The notes beneath the pieces were generated by a model. That model saw only the letters and a program-made list of their open reading frames with translations, was not told where the DNA came from and made no database searches. A program made the translations under genes and the position numbers. DNA of 64,000 bases from Verrucomicrobiales bacterium (GTDB lineage Bacteria; Verrucomicrobiota; Verrucomicrobiia; Verrucomicrobiales; V1-33), in contig JANOAV010000122.1 of NCBI GenBank assembly GCA_031411295.1, forward strand, positions 14,255 through 78,254. Reading direction: 5' to 3'. Positions 30,463 through 39,427 of the stretch are shown here, piece by piece (position 1 is the stretch's first letter; each line of letters begins with the position of its first letter).

Positions 30463-30595
30463 CCGGCCCTTCCCGCACAAGGCGCGGTCACGACCGCCTG
30501 CTCCTAACATTTCGCCAAGAGCCCCGCCTCCCCCGAGCCCTGCGCACGTTTTTTACCAAACATAAACCCCGTCACATCGACACCTAAAATCCAAC

Positions 30596-33406
30596 ATGGC
30601 ATCTAAAACCAAACCCGCTAAGCCAGCCAAAGCCGCCGGCAAATCCACCAAATTCGTTTACACTTGGGGTGACGGCAAAGCTGACGGCAACGGCAGCATG
30701 AAAGCCCTCCTCGGTGGCAAAGGCGCCAACCTCGCTGAAATGAGCCGCATCGGCCTCCCAGTGCCTCCTGGATTCACCGCCACCACCGAAGTATGCACTT
30801 ACTTCTACGCCAATAAGAAGACCTATCCAGCTGTGCTCCAAAGCCAAATGGAAGCTGGTGTGAAGAACATGGAAAAGATCATGGGCTGCAAATTTGGCGA
30901 TACCAAAGGCATGCCCCTCCTCGTGGCCGTGCGCTCCGGTGCCCGTGATTCCATGCCTGGCATGATGGACACCATTTTGAATCTCGGCCTCAATGACGAG
31001 ACCGTGAAGTCCCTGGCCGCCGCCACCAAGAACGAGCGTTTCGCTTGGGATTGCTACCGCCGCTTCATCCAAATGTATGGCGATGTCGTCCTCGGCGTGC
31101 AAAAGACCGAAGGTGAAGACCACGAGCCATTTGAAGTCGTGATCGAAGAATTCAAACACGCCAAGTATAGCGACAAGCACATCGTCGATTCCGATCTGAC
31201 CGCTGAAGACCAAGCTGAATTGGTGAAGCGTTTCAAGGCCCTCGTGAAAAAGCGCACCGGTCACGTGTTCCCCACGGATCCTTGGGAGCAACTCCGTGGC
31301 GCTGCTGGCGCGGTGTTCGGCAGCTGGATGAACGATCGCGCGATCGTTTATCGTCGTAAATACAATATCCCAACCGAGTGGGGCACCGCCGTGAACGTGC
31401 AGGCCATGGTCTATGGCAACACGGGCGATGATTCCGGTTCCGGCGTGGCCTTCACGCGGAATCCTGCCAACGGTGTGAACGAGTTCTACGGTGAATTCCT
31501 GATCAATGCCCAAGGCGAAGACGTCGTCGCTGGCGTGCGCACCCCAGAGCCTGTTTCCAAGCTCAAGGCCGCCATGCCAAAGCCATTTGCCGAACTGATG
31601 AAAGTTCGCGCCACGTTGGAGAAACATTTCAAAGACGTGCAAGACGTCGAGTTCACCGTGCAACAAGGCAAACTCTTCATGTTGCAAACCCGTAACGGCA
31701 AACGCACCGCCGCTGCTGCTCTGAAGTTTGCCTCTGACATGGTCAAAGAAAAACTCATCGACTGGGAAACCGCCGTGCTGCGCAATCCAGCTGATCAGCT
31801 CGAGCAACTTCTGGCTCCTGACTTCGATCTCAACGAGATCAAGAAAGCCAAGATCCTCGCCACGGGCCTCCCAGCAGGTCCTGGTGCTGCTTCCGGCATC
31901 ATCTACCTCAACGCTGACCGCGCTGCCGCCGCCGCCGAGAAAGGCCAAAACGTCCTCCTCGTCCGCAACGAAACTTCCCCTGAAGACCTCCGCGGCATGA
32001 TCGCAGCGGTCGGCATTCTCACTGCCAAGGGCGGTGTGTCCAGCCACGCAGCGCTCGTCGCTCGTCAGATGGGTAAGGTTTGTATCTGTGGCGCCAGTGC
32101 CGTGGATATCGACTACGACAAGAAGACCGTGAAGATCGCAGGCCAAACCTTCCATGAAGGCAAAGACTTCCTCAGCATCGACGGCACCGCCGGCACGATC
32201 TATGGTGGTCAAGTCAAGACCGGCCCATCCTCCATCGTGATGGGTCTGCTCCATGGCGACAAAGCCGCGCAGAAGACGGAGAAATTTGCCGCCTTCAAGC
32301 AACTCATGGACTGGTGTTCCAAGGCCACCCGTATGGCCGTTCGCACCAACGCCGACAACCCAGAGCAAACCGAACAAGCCATCGCATTCGGAGCCCAAGG
32401 CATCGGCCTGACCCGCACGGAGCACATGTTCTTCGAAGGTGATCGCATTGATGCCGTTCGGGAAATGATTCTCGCTGAAAGCGTGGAAGCCCGCAAAGCC
32501 GCCCTGGCCAAGCTCCTCCCCTACCAGCGCGAAGATTTCACTGGCATCTTCAAAGCCCTCAAAGGCTTGCCAGCCACCATCCGTCTGCTCGACCCACCAC
32601 TCCACGAATTCGTGCCGCATGAAGCCAAAGCGCAGGCCGATCTCGCCAAGAAAATGGGTGTCACCGCCGCCAAGGTTGCCCACCGCGTGGAACAACTCCA
32701 CGAGTTCAACCCCATGCTCGGACACCGTGGATGCCGCTTAGGTATCGCCTACCCAGAGATCACCGAAATGCAGGCTCGCGCCATCTTCGAAGCCGCCGCT
32801 GATGTGGCCAAGAAGAAGATCAAGGTGAAGCCAGAAGTCATGATCCCGCTCGTCGGCTTCAAGAAAGAGTTCGACCTCCAGGCCGAAATCGTTCACCGCG
32901 TCGCCAAGGAAGTCATGAAGGAGAAGAAGGTCACCTTCGATTACCAAGTCGGAACCATGATTGAAGTCCCGCGTGGCGCCCTGACCGCTGATGAAATCGC
33001 GCAAAACGCCGAGTTCTTCAGCTTCGGCACCAACGACCTGACCCAGACCGCCCTCGGCATCAGCCGGGACGACATGGGCAGCTTCCTCATGCCTTACGTC
33101 GAGAACGAAGTGTTCAAGAAGAACCCCTTCGCCACCCTCGACACCGTGGGCGTCGGCCAACTCATGCAAACCGCCGTCACCAAAGGCCGCAGCGTCCGCC
33201 CAGACATCAAGCTCGGCATCTGCGGAGAACACGGTGGTGACCCAGACAGCGTTAAGTTCTGTCACAAGCTGGGCCTCGCCTACGTGAGCTGCTCCCCATA
33301 CCGCGTGCCAGTAGCACGTCTGGCCGCAGCCCAAGCCGCCATCGAAGAGAAGCGCTCCGCTCCAGCAGCCAAGGCTGCTCCTGCGAAGAAGGCTAAGAAG
33401 AAGTAA
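30596..33406 (+). CDS. ppdK: pyruvate, phosphate dikinase
   Basis: [12 protein letters not shown], phosphohistidine region [15 protein letters not shown], and a PEP-utilising C-domain ([21 protein letters not shown]). It carries extra Lys/Ala/Pro-rich N- and C-terminal tails. Confidence 0.95.
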   Translation: MASKTKPAKPAKAAGKSTKFVYTWGDGKADGNGSMKALLGGKGANLAEMSRIGLPVPPGFTATTEVCTYFYANKKTYPAVLQSQMEAGVKNMEKIMGCKFGDTKGMPLLVAVRSGARDSMPGMMDTILNLGLNDETVKSLAAATKNERFAWDCYRRFIQMYGDVVLGVQKTEGEDHEPFEVVIEEFKHAKYSDKHIVDSDLTAEDQAELVKRFKALVKKRTGHVFPTDPWEQLRGAAGAVFGSWMNDRAIVYRRKYNIPTEWGTAVNVQAMVYGNTGDDSGSGVAFTRNPANGVNEFYGEFLINAQGEDVVAGVRTPEPVSKLKAAMPKPFAELMKVRATLEKHFKDVQDVEFTVQQGKLFMLQTRNGKRTAAAALKFASDMVKEKLIDWETAVLRNPADQLEQLLAPDFDLNEIKKAKILATGLPAGPGAASGIIYLNADRAAAAAEKGQNVLLVRNETSPEDLRGMIAAVGILTAKGGVSSHAALVARQMGKVCICGASAVDIDYDKKTVKIAGQTFHEGKDFLSIDGTAGTIYGGQVKTGPSSIVMGLLHGDKAAQKTEKFAAFKQLMDWCSKATRMAVRTNADNPEQTEQAIAFGAQGIGLTRTEHMFFEGDRIDAVREMILAESVEARKAALAKLLPYQREDFTGIFKALKGLPATIRLLDPPLHEFVPHEAKAQADLAKKMGVTAAKVAHRVEQLHEFNPMLGHRGCRLGIAYPEITEMQARAIFEAAADVAKKKIKVKPEVMIPLVGFKKEFDLQAEIVHRVAKEVMKEKKVTFDYQVGTMIEVPRGALTADEIAQNAEFFSFGTNDLTQTALGISRDDMGSFLMPYVENEVFKKNPFATLDTVGVGQLMQTAVTKGRSVRPDIKLGICGEHGGDPDSVKFCHKLGLAYVSCSPYRVPVARLAAAQAAIEEKRSAPAAKAAPAKKAKKK

Positions 33407-33424
33407 TTCATCAAAACCACACCT

Positions 33425-33456
33425 AAAGCCGCCGGGGAAACCCGGCGGCTTTCTAT
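33425..33456 (+). terminator. rho-independent terminator of ppdK
   Basis: AAAGCCGCCGGG-GAAA-CCCGGCGGCTTT forms a perfect 12-bp stem, followed by CTATT. Confidence 0.75.
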
Positions 33457-33457
33457 T

Positions 33458-34126
33458 ATGATTCCAATCGCAAATTGCTCCCTTACTAGAGGGATTGCGG
33501 ATAACACTGAAGTGCTGATCCCTGCGGAGTTGAGTTGGATTTCCGATCCGAGAGATTGGCTTTTCGCTGACGAATGGGAAGAAGCAGCAAAAGGGACTGC
33601 TGACCCGAAAAAAATCGACTCTGTCGAATTCGCAAAAATTGCTGAAGGCAGATGGAATTATTTGCGGCAACGCAAGGAATGCGCCTTGAGCTGGGAGGAT
33701 GGTAAATCTCGATCACGTGAACACCCAAAAAGTGAGTATGGATTTGGAATCGCATTAAGAATGAGTGACGGACGCTGGAAACGAACGGTGGGATTTATTC
33801 ATGTGCGGCGGCTTTGGAGTGGAAATTTTTGCCTTGAGTTTCTGGGAACTTTTGCACCACCAGGGATCAAACACATAGGTTTTACTCTGCTCACTTCGCT
33901 TGGCGGGCTAGCCGAAAAAAGCAAGGTAGGCGAGGTTTGGGGGGGAATGCACAGAAGACTCGAAGGGCTTTTACCAGAACTTCAAAACCAAACTGATGAT
34001 CGCGAGCTTGGAAGATTGCTTAGTTCGCAAGGAATTCCCCCTGAAGGGATGGCAACTTCCTGGGGCGATACTCGACAGGTTTGTGTTCGGTCAACAGGAA
34101 CTCAAGGCGATGAGTTCAGCTTTTGA
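33458..34126 (+). CDS. island ORF A, possible GNAT-fold protein; probably frameshifted at a G7 run (33939-33945), with the true end at 34181
   Basis: 222-codon ORF. After deleting one G the reading becomes ...FCLEFLGTFAPPGIKHIGFTLLTSLGGLAEKSKVGEVWGECTEDSKGFYQNF..., which resembles the GNAT core. That frame ends in an ATGA overlap with the next ORF. Confidence 0.5.
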   Translation: MIPIANCSLTRGIADNTEVLIPAELSWISDPRDWLFADEWEEAAKGTADPKKIDSVEFAKIAEGRWNYLRQRKECALSWEDGKSRSREHPKSEYGFGIALRMSDGRWKRTVGFIHVRRLWSGNFCLEFLGTFAPPGIKHIGFTLLTSLGGLAEKSKVGEVWGGMHRRLEGLLPELQNQTDDRELGRLLSSQGIPPEGMATSWGDTRQVCVRSTGTQGDEFSF

Positions 34127-34177
34127 TGCCTGGCAAAATGACGTTGACCGGCAAACAGCAAAGCGTAATAATGAGAC

Positions 34178-34378
34178 ATGACAAAGAATCAGAAAATTAA
34201 TCTAGCCAAAAGTCTAATGGCTATCGAACTCACTGCCACTCCCGTGACAGGATCGCGCACATCAATGCGGGCACAGTCTAGAGTAACTCCACAAAGGAAA
34301 TCTGTGACTTTTACCGCAAGCCAGAAGCAGAAGCTTCGGACATTCTACAATAGTCCCTCTGTCGCCAAGCCGACTTAA
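34178..34378 (+). CDS. island ORF B, small hypothetical protein (66 aa)
   Basis: Its ATG overlaps the TGA of the alternative frame of ORF A (ATGA coupling). No motif recognised. Confidence 0.3.
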   Translation: MTKNQKINLAKSLMAIELTATPVTGSRTSMRAQSRVTPQRKSVTFTASQKQKLRTFYNSPSVAKPT

Positions 34379-34551
34379 GCTCCAGACGCCCTAGCACCCA
34401 CATGGCCAGCGTTTTAGCGCGTGTCTCCGCCCTGCTCGATGAACTACCCTTCCCGGATGACAAAAAGCAAGTCCTCAAACTCGCCCGTAGCATTATGCTG
34501 CCTCTAAATCAATAGCAAGACCTGCTGGTTGCCAAGTAAAGTGGAGGTGTT

Positions 34552-37500
34552 ATGTCTCCAGCGATGCACCCTTTACACGAAATCCGATTGCCAGCAGCGC
34601 CCTCCATATCTGGGGAAACGTTATTGGAGTGGGATCGTCTTTGGTGTCCGTTAGGCGGTAAAATTTTGATGGAGGGGTTCGGGTTTCATGATTCCAACCG
34701 AGGATTTCTTCAGGAACCTTCAGCTTACGCCAATAAAGAGTGCCGAACATTGCAGCAATGGATTAGCTGTCCTGCTGGCGCTTGGGTTCTTTGCGGTGCT
34801 CCGGGCACAGGCAAAACTGGTGCGATCCATCGCTGGTTGGAACTTGTAAAGAAAGCTGAGCCTGATACTGCCATCATTGCTTGGACGACTGGCATGTTTG
34901 GCGCGGCAGCAAATTTTGAATGCCTCTCCAGACAGCCAACCTTCATCGAAGCGCTCACTTCGCAACGAAACTTGATTCTGGTTATCGACGGGTTCGATCA
35001 ATTTCGCACCGAGGGAGGGTTGCCATTTGAATCCCTGACAGCGTTCTTAACATCTATTCCTGACCGCTCGCGCCTGCGCCTTGTCATCGGTTGTAGATCT
35101 CGTGACTGGAACTCCACTCATGGGCAAGCATTAATAACCCTTTGGGGGAAGCCCGAAAATCCAAGAGTGCTAGAAATTTGCCAATTGCGGCGTTCCGAGG
35201 TGGTTTTGGCGACGGAGGCATTTGGCGGAATTTCATCGCAGAGTTTTCTCAATGAAGTCTTCGCCAAACGGCTTGAGGCTGCCGCTCAGTGGCCATTGCC
35301 CCTTGGCTCACTGATGAATCAGTTCTCCAATGAGGGAGGATTAACGGCGTCTGTGCGCGAAATGTTTTCGCGGACGATTGATCAGTTGCTAGCTGACGCT
35401 CGGGCGCGACTACCCGAAACAAACGCACTTCATCGAAGGCAACTCCGGCAATGCGCGAGCAGACTTGCCGCTTTGACTAATTTTGGTGGCTACTCCCGCA
35501 TCGGGCGCAGCGAGACGTCCCTCAATTCATTAAAGCCCAGCGAATTCTGCGGTTCTTATGCGCTCGCTTCTGAGGTCACCACCGAAACGGGAGAATTTGT
35601 CCTTTCTGAGCCGATGTTGCACCAATTACTTGGGACTGCACTCTTCACAACTGTCGAACCGCCCTTAGTGCAGGAACCAGATCCGCCATTCGGCTTCACG
35701 CATCAGAACTACGCCGAATTTCTAGCAGCCGAGTATGTGGCCCACTTGAACATTGATCAATTGCGCAGTCTGCTAGCAATTCGAGGACTTGGAGGAGAAA
35801 CAGTGCCGGGCCCACTCGTGGAGACGACCAGTTGGTTGGCAGTTATGCGACCTGATTGGTTTGCATATCTCGTTTCCTCCATGCCCGAAATTCTGGTGCG
35901 GGCGGATGGAGCACAGTATTCAAATGAGCAGAAACTTCGCTTAGTGCAGGCGCTGTTAGAAAGGGCCCACAGTTGGAACGCCTCGGTATTTGAAGATTTA
36001 AAGTTACTGACTCCTGCGTTCAATTTTAGCGGATTGGCCGAGATACTAGAACCCGTCATCGTCGATGCCTGCGCCACAAATTTCCCTCGTAGGCTGGCTA
36101 TGGAAATAGCTGAACGATGCAAGTTAAGCGCATTGGAAGAAGCTTTATGGCAAGTGCTGGAGCGAGACAATGAAGACGAGAATCTTCGCTATTGGGCCAC
36201 TCGTGCACTGCTGAGAATTTTAATGGAAGCTAGCCTTGGAGAAAAAAGCATTCAGCGGTTGAATCGAGCAATGCGAGGAGAGATGGGCCCAGATGCAAAT
36301 GACGAACTCAAAGGCGCAGCCCTTAGGTGTCTTGTCCCGCGAGTGCTGAAACCAAGGGAGGTCGCTCAGTTTCTTACAATTTGTCAAAACGGATCTTATT
36401 ACGGAAATTACTCTGCATTCCTAAATCGGGTGCTGCCAGCAATTCTTACAGAAGATGACTTGGAGGCGTTCTTGGGGCTTGGGGCAATTACCCCATCCCT
36501 GTTTCATGTCCAGTTTACGTCCAACATTTTGGCAACTGCTGTGCTAAAACTTTTCAGCAAAGTCACCTCGCCAACCCAGGGGATGAAACAGGGGTTCATA
36601 GGATGGGTTCAGCGCTGTGTGAAAAATCATACGATGCTCCCTTTGTCCGAGAGACATTCATTCGATTCAGAACTAGCAGAATCGTTGTCGGATGACATCC
36701 CGATAACAAAACGATTCGAGTGGTTGACGATGTTCGTGAAAGAAAAAATGCCGTCCAAGGATTCAGACTGGGCGGTCATCCATGCCCTGGGATTCCCTCA
36801 TCCACCGTTGGATCTAACCCTAAATGCATTAAACGAAGCAGAGCCTGCGTTGCGTCCATTTTGGGCTGAGATCGTTCGGTTCTCGCTGGGTCCGGACCAG
36901 AGGATTGCCCATCTTGATGCGCTGCTTGCGGCTTATGAGCGCCATGAAGAACTACGAACCGCATTGCTGCCATGTAAGAAGGGCAAGAACATCCACCAAA
37001 CATACAACGAAATAGCACACAAGGCAGCCAAGGAGAACGAACGCCATCTACGACAACGAAAGAAGTCGGAGAAGGAACTACTTTCACGGCGGCAATTGCT
37101 AGACGTGTATATTGGCCAATGGAAGACCGACGGAACAGAACTTTCGTGGATAAATTTGTGGCAGATATGTGGTTTAGACGAAGCCGGGGTTTCGTTCGAC
37201 TGGAGTGGCGAAATGTTGACGGACTGGAAAGGGTGGAAATCTTTAACCGTAGATGAGCAATCCCATGTGAGAGGCTGCGCCAAAGCGTTCCTGATGCTTC
37301 GGGACGACCCTCATCGCAACGCCTCAGAATGGAAGGCGACAAAATGGACTGATGCAGCTAGGTATGCCGTTGGGTTACTTTCCGATGAACTTGGAGTGGA
37401 TCATCAGTTGGCGCAGACTGTTGGGCAGAAGTGGGTGATCGCATGGTCCCACCATCATTGTGACAACACCGGGGCGAACCGAAAAATCGCCAGCGTTTTT

Positions 37501-38928
37501 TATAAGCTACACCCAGAGACGGTTATTAGACTCATGCGCTCCAATTTCCAAAAGGAGAACGAGGCGAACAACCATTGTCAGAGTGTTCGTCTGCTAGCGG
37601 ATTGCTGGGGTAACGCGTTAAGCGCTGAGCTCACAGACTGGCTGAGTGCAGACAACATTCAACCAACCACATTTCGCACAGGAGTTCAGTTTCTCTCATC
37701 AAAAGCCCCGGACAGCGCCATAAGCCTTTTATCTGGGCGCTTAGACCGGATGGCTTCCGAGGGTAAGGAAACCGAAGACCCGCTGCGTGAGGTAATAATC
37801 CTCTGCTCACTTCTTTTTTCGAATGGAGAGCTCTTTGAACAAGCGATTACGCTCTTGAGTGACGCCACCAATGCTAGACGCATTCTTTGCTTAGCTCATG
37901 GAGACGTGGGAGATGGCGCGCATGGCTTGCCTTCAACGCTGACGGCATTAACGAATGAGCAATTGGGTCGTCTCACGGTGTTAGTTGCCCATGCCTTTCC
38001 TGAAGATGAGCGTGCCCACAATGCCGCAGGAGATGAAATCGATGAGCCGGGGGAACAGGAGATTGACGATGAGGAGGCAGCAGGCCTTGCGTTGGAGAAG
38101 AAGTCCGGTCAGACCGGGAGAACCACAACATCCAGCATGCTCATGCATCGCATCTCCACTAGCATCATTGCGCACTTTGCCTCTGTCGCTACCTCTAAAG
38201 AAATCGATGCATTGCGTCCACAGATGCCAGCAGGCAGACGGACGGAGTTGGCATTCAGGCGCAGCAGTGCTCAGCGTCAAGCAGCGCAAATCGCTTGGGA
38301 ACCGCTTACACCTGTGCAGTTATTGAAGCTGGTTCAGATGCCGCACGCGTGCTTCGTGCGGACCAATGATGATTTGCTAGAATTCATTTTGCTGCGCCTT
38401 CAAGCATTTGCAGACCAACCTTGGGACATCTCTGTGCAACCTCTGTGGAATGAAGATGACGGCAAGCCGACAACAGCAAAAAATGAAGAAGCTCTATCGA
38501 ATACACTCAAGCGGTGGCTGGACAAAGATTGGCAACTCGTGGTGAACCGTGAAGTCCAACCTATCGAGACCATGCCGAATCGATTAGACCTGAAAATCGA
38601 CATTCCCGGCCAGCCTGCATTATGCGTCATTATTGAGGTAAAAAAGGCTGGAAACGCCGAGGTCTTAACCTCCCTGCAAACGCAGTTGATTGACCGATAT
38701 CTTATCGCAGGGCGTCAAACTCATGGCGTCTATCTGGTGGCCTACTTTGGTGACAAGGGCAGCCCATTCCGGGGAAAATCAATTGAAGAGGTAAGGCAGG
38801 AACTCCAGCATATTCGTGATAGCGCCACCCTGCCACCTGACGTTCGGGTCAGCACCCTCTTGATGGATTTTAGACACCTTAAGGTTGTTCAGAGAGCACT
38901 TAGGAAGCCAAAGCGAAAGCAGCGGTAG
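34552..38928 (+). CDS. NACHT-type STAND NTPase with a helical-repeat region and a C-terminal PD-(D/E)xK-like nuclease motif (1458 aa)
   Basis: GGAGGT Shine-Dalgarno 5 nt upstream. Walker A GAPGTGKT (aa 82-89), Walker B LILVIDGFDQ (141-150), RLVIGCRSRDW, NACHT-end motif FTHQNYAEFLAAEY (about 381-395). About 800 aa of HEAT/ARM-like helices, an acidic linker (DEIDEPGEQEIDDEE), then RLDLKID...VIIEVKK (aa 1344-1365). Confidence 0.85.
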   Translation: MSPAMHPLHEIRLPAAPSISGETLLEWDRLWCPLGGKILMEGFGFHDSNRGFLQEPSAYANKECRTLQQWISCPAGAWVLCGAPGTGKTGAIHRWLELVKKAEPDTAIIAWTTGMFGAAANFECLSRQPTFIEALTSQRNLILVIDGFDQFRTEGGLPFESLTAFLTSIPDRSRLRLVIGCRSRDWNSTHGQALITLWGKPENPRVLEICQLRRSEVVLATEAFGGISSQSFLNEVFAKRLEAAAQWPLPLGSLMNQFSNEGGLTASVREMFSRTIDQLLADARARLPETNALHRRQLRQCASRLAALTNFGGYSRIGRSETSLNSLKPSEFCGSYALASEVTTETGEFVLSEPMLHQLLGTALFTTVEPPLVQEPDPPFGFTHQNYAEFLAAEYVAHLNIDQLRSLLAIRGLGGETVPGPLVETTSWLAVMRPDWFAYLVSSMPEILVRADGAQYSNEQKLRLVQALLERAHSWNASVFEDLKLLTPAFNFSGLAEILEPVIVDACATNFPRRLAMEIAERCKLSALEEALWQVLERDNEDENLRYWATRALLRILMEASLGEKSIQRLNRAMRGEMGPDANDELKGAALRCLVPRVLKPREVAQFLTICQNGSYYGNYSAFLNRVLPAILTEDDLEAFLGLGAITPSLFHVQFTSNILATAVLKLFSKVTSPTQGMKQGFIGWVQRCVKNHTMLPLSERHSFDSELAESLSDDIPITKRFEWLTMFVKEKMPSKDSDWAVIHALGFPHPPLDLTLNALNEAEPALRPFWAEIVRFSLGPDQRIAHLDALLAAYERHEELRTALLPCKKGKNIHQTYNEIAHKAAKENERHLRQRKKSEKELLSRRQLLDVYIGQWKTDGTELSWINLWQICGLDEAGVSFDWSGEMLTDWKGWKSLTVDEQSHVRGCAKAFLMLRDDPHRNASEWKATKWTDAARYAVGLLSDELGVDHQLAQTVGQKWVIAWSHHHCDNTGANRKIASVFYKLHPETVIRLMRSNFQKENEANNHCQSVRLLADCWGNALSAELTDWLSADNIQPTTFRTGVQFLSSKAPDSAISLLSGRLDRMASEGKETEDPLREVIILCSLLFSNGELFEQAITLLSDATNARRILCLAHGDVGDGAHGLPSTLTALTNEQLGRLTVLVAHAFPEDERAHNAAGDEIDEPGEQEIDDEEAAGLALEKKSGQTGRTTTSSMLMHRISTSIIAHFASVATSKEIDALRPQMPAGRRTELAFRRSSAQRQAAQIAWEPLTPVQLLKLVQMPHACFVRTNDDLLEFILLRLQAFADQPWDISVQPLWNEDDGKPTTAKNEEALSNTLKRWLDKDWQLVVNREVQPIETMPNRLDLKIDIPGQPALCVIIEVKKAGNAEVLTSLQTQLIDRYLIAGRQTHGVYLVAYFGDKGSPFRGKSIEEVRQELQHIRDSATLPPDVRVSTLLMDFRHLKVVQRALRKPKRKQR

Positions 38929-38936
38929 GCCAGCTC

Positions 38937-39416
38937 ATGCAGCTGCCGTCACTAAGGACGCAGCCACCACATGCCCGCAGCTCCAGAACCCTTCCTCCAC
39001 AAGAAGGAAACTACCATGATCTGCTGGCCTACCGGAAGGCAGAGTTGGTCTATGACCTCACCTACCGCTTCACCCAGAAGCACCTTCAGAAAGGCGACCG
39101 CACCGTTGACCAAATGATCCAAGCCGCCCGTTCGGGAAAGCAAAACATCGCAGAAGGCTCCAAGGCTGGCGTCAGCTCCGCTGAAATGGAGTTGAAGCTG
39201 ATGAACGTTGCCAGAGCCAGCCTTGAGGAACTGCTCATCGATTTCAAAGACTACATCCGCGTGCGAGATCACCAGCTCTGGGTTAAGAATTCCAAGGAAG
39301 CGCTGTTTGTCAGGAAACTCGGCTCCAACAAAGACCTGACATTCGAACACGTCCGTGAAGTTTTCGAAACTCGTCCACCAGAAGTCATCGCGAACTTGAG
39401 GGTGTGCTTCAGATAG
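38937..39416 (+). CDS. four-helix-bundle protein (23S rRNA intervening-sequence protein family, with suffix domain)
   Basis: NYHDLLAYRKAELVYDLTYRF ... GDRTVDQMIQAARSGKQNIAEGS ... SLEELLIDFKDYIRVR matches my memory of this family. It lies 8 nt after the NACHT gene stop. Confidence 0.75.
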   Translation: MQLPSLRTQPPHARSSRTLPPQEGNYHDLLAYRKAELVYDLTYRFTQKHLQKGDRTVDQMIQAARSGKQNIAEGSKAGVSSAEMELKLMNVARASLEELLIDFKDYIRVRDHQLWVKNSKEALFVRKLGSNKDLTFEHVREVFETRPPEVIANLRVCFR

Positions 39417-39427
39417 GCCCGATTACG

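Noticed and set aside
30318-30587. 89-aa ORF in the ppdK upstream region
   Set aside because: Pro/Arg/Ser-rich translation with no start context. It is more likely the 5' leader/promoter region of ppdK.
30584-32725. 713-aa ORF on the minus strand
   Set aside because: It lies entirely antisense to ppdK, whose identity is unambiguous. Its translation is low-complexity (G/H/V/E rich) with no motif. This is a typical shadow ORF of a GC-rich gene.
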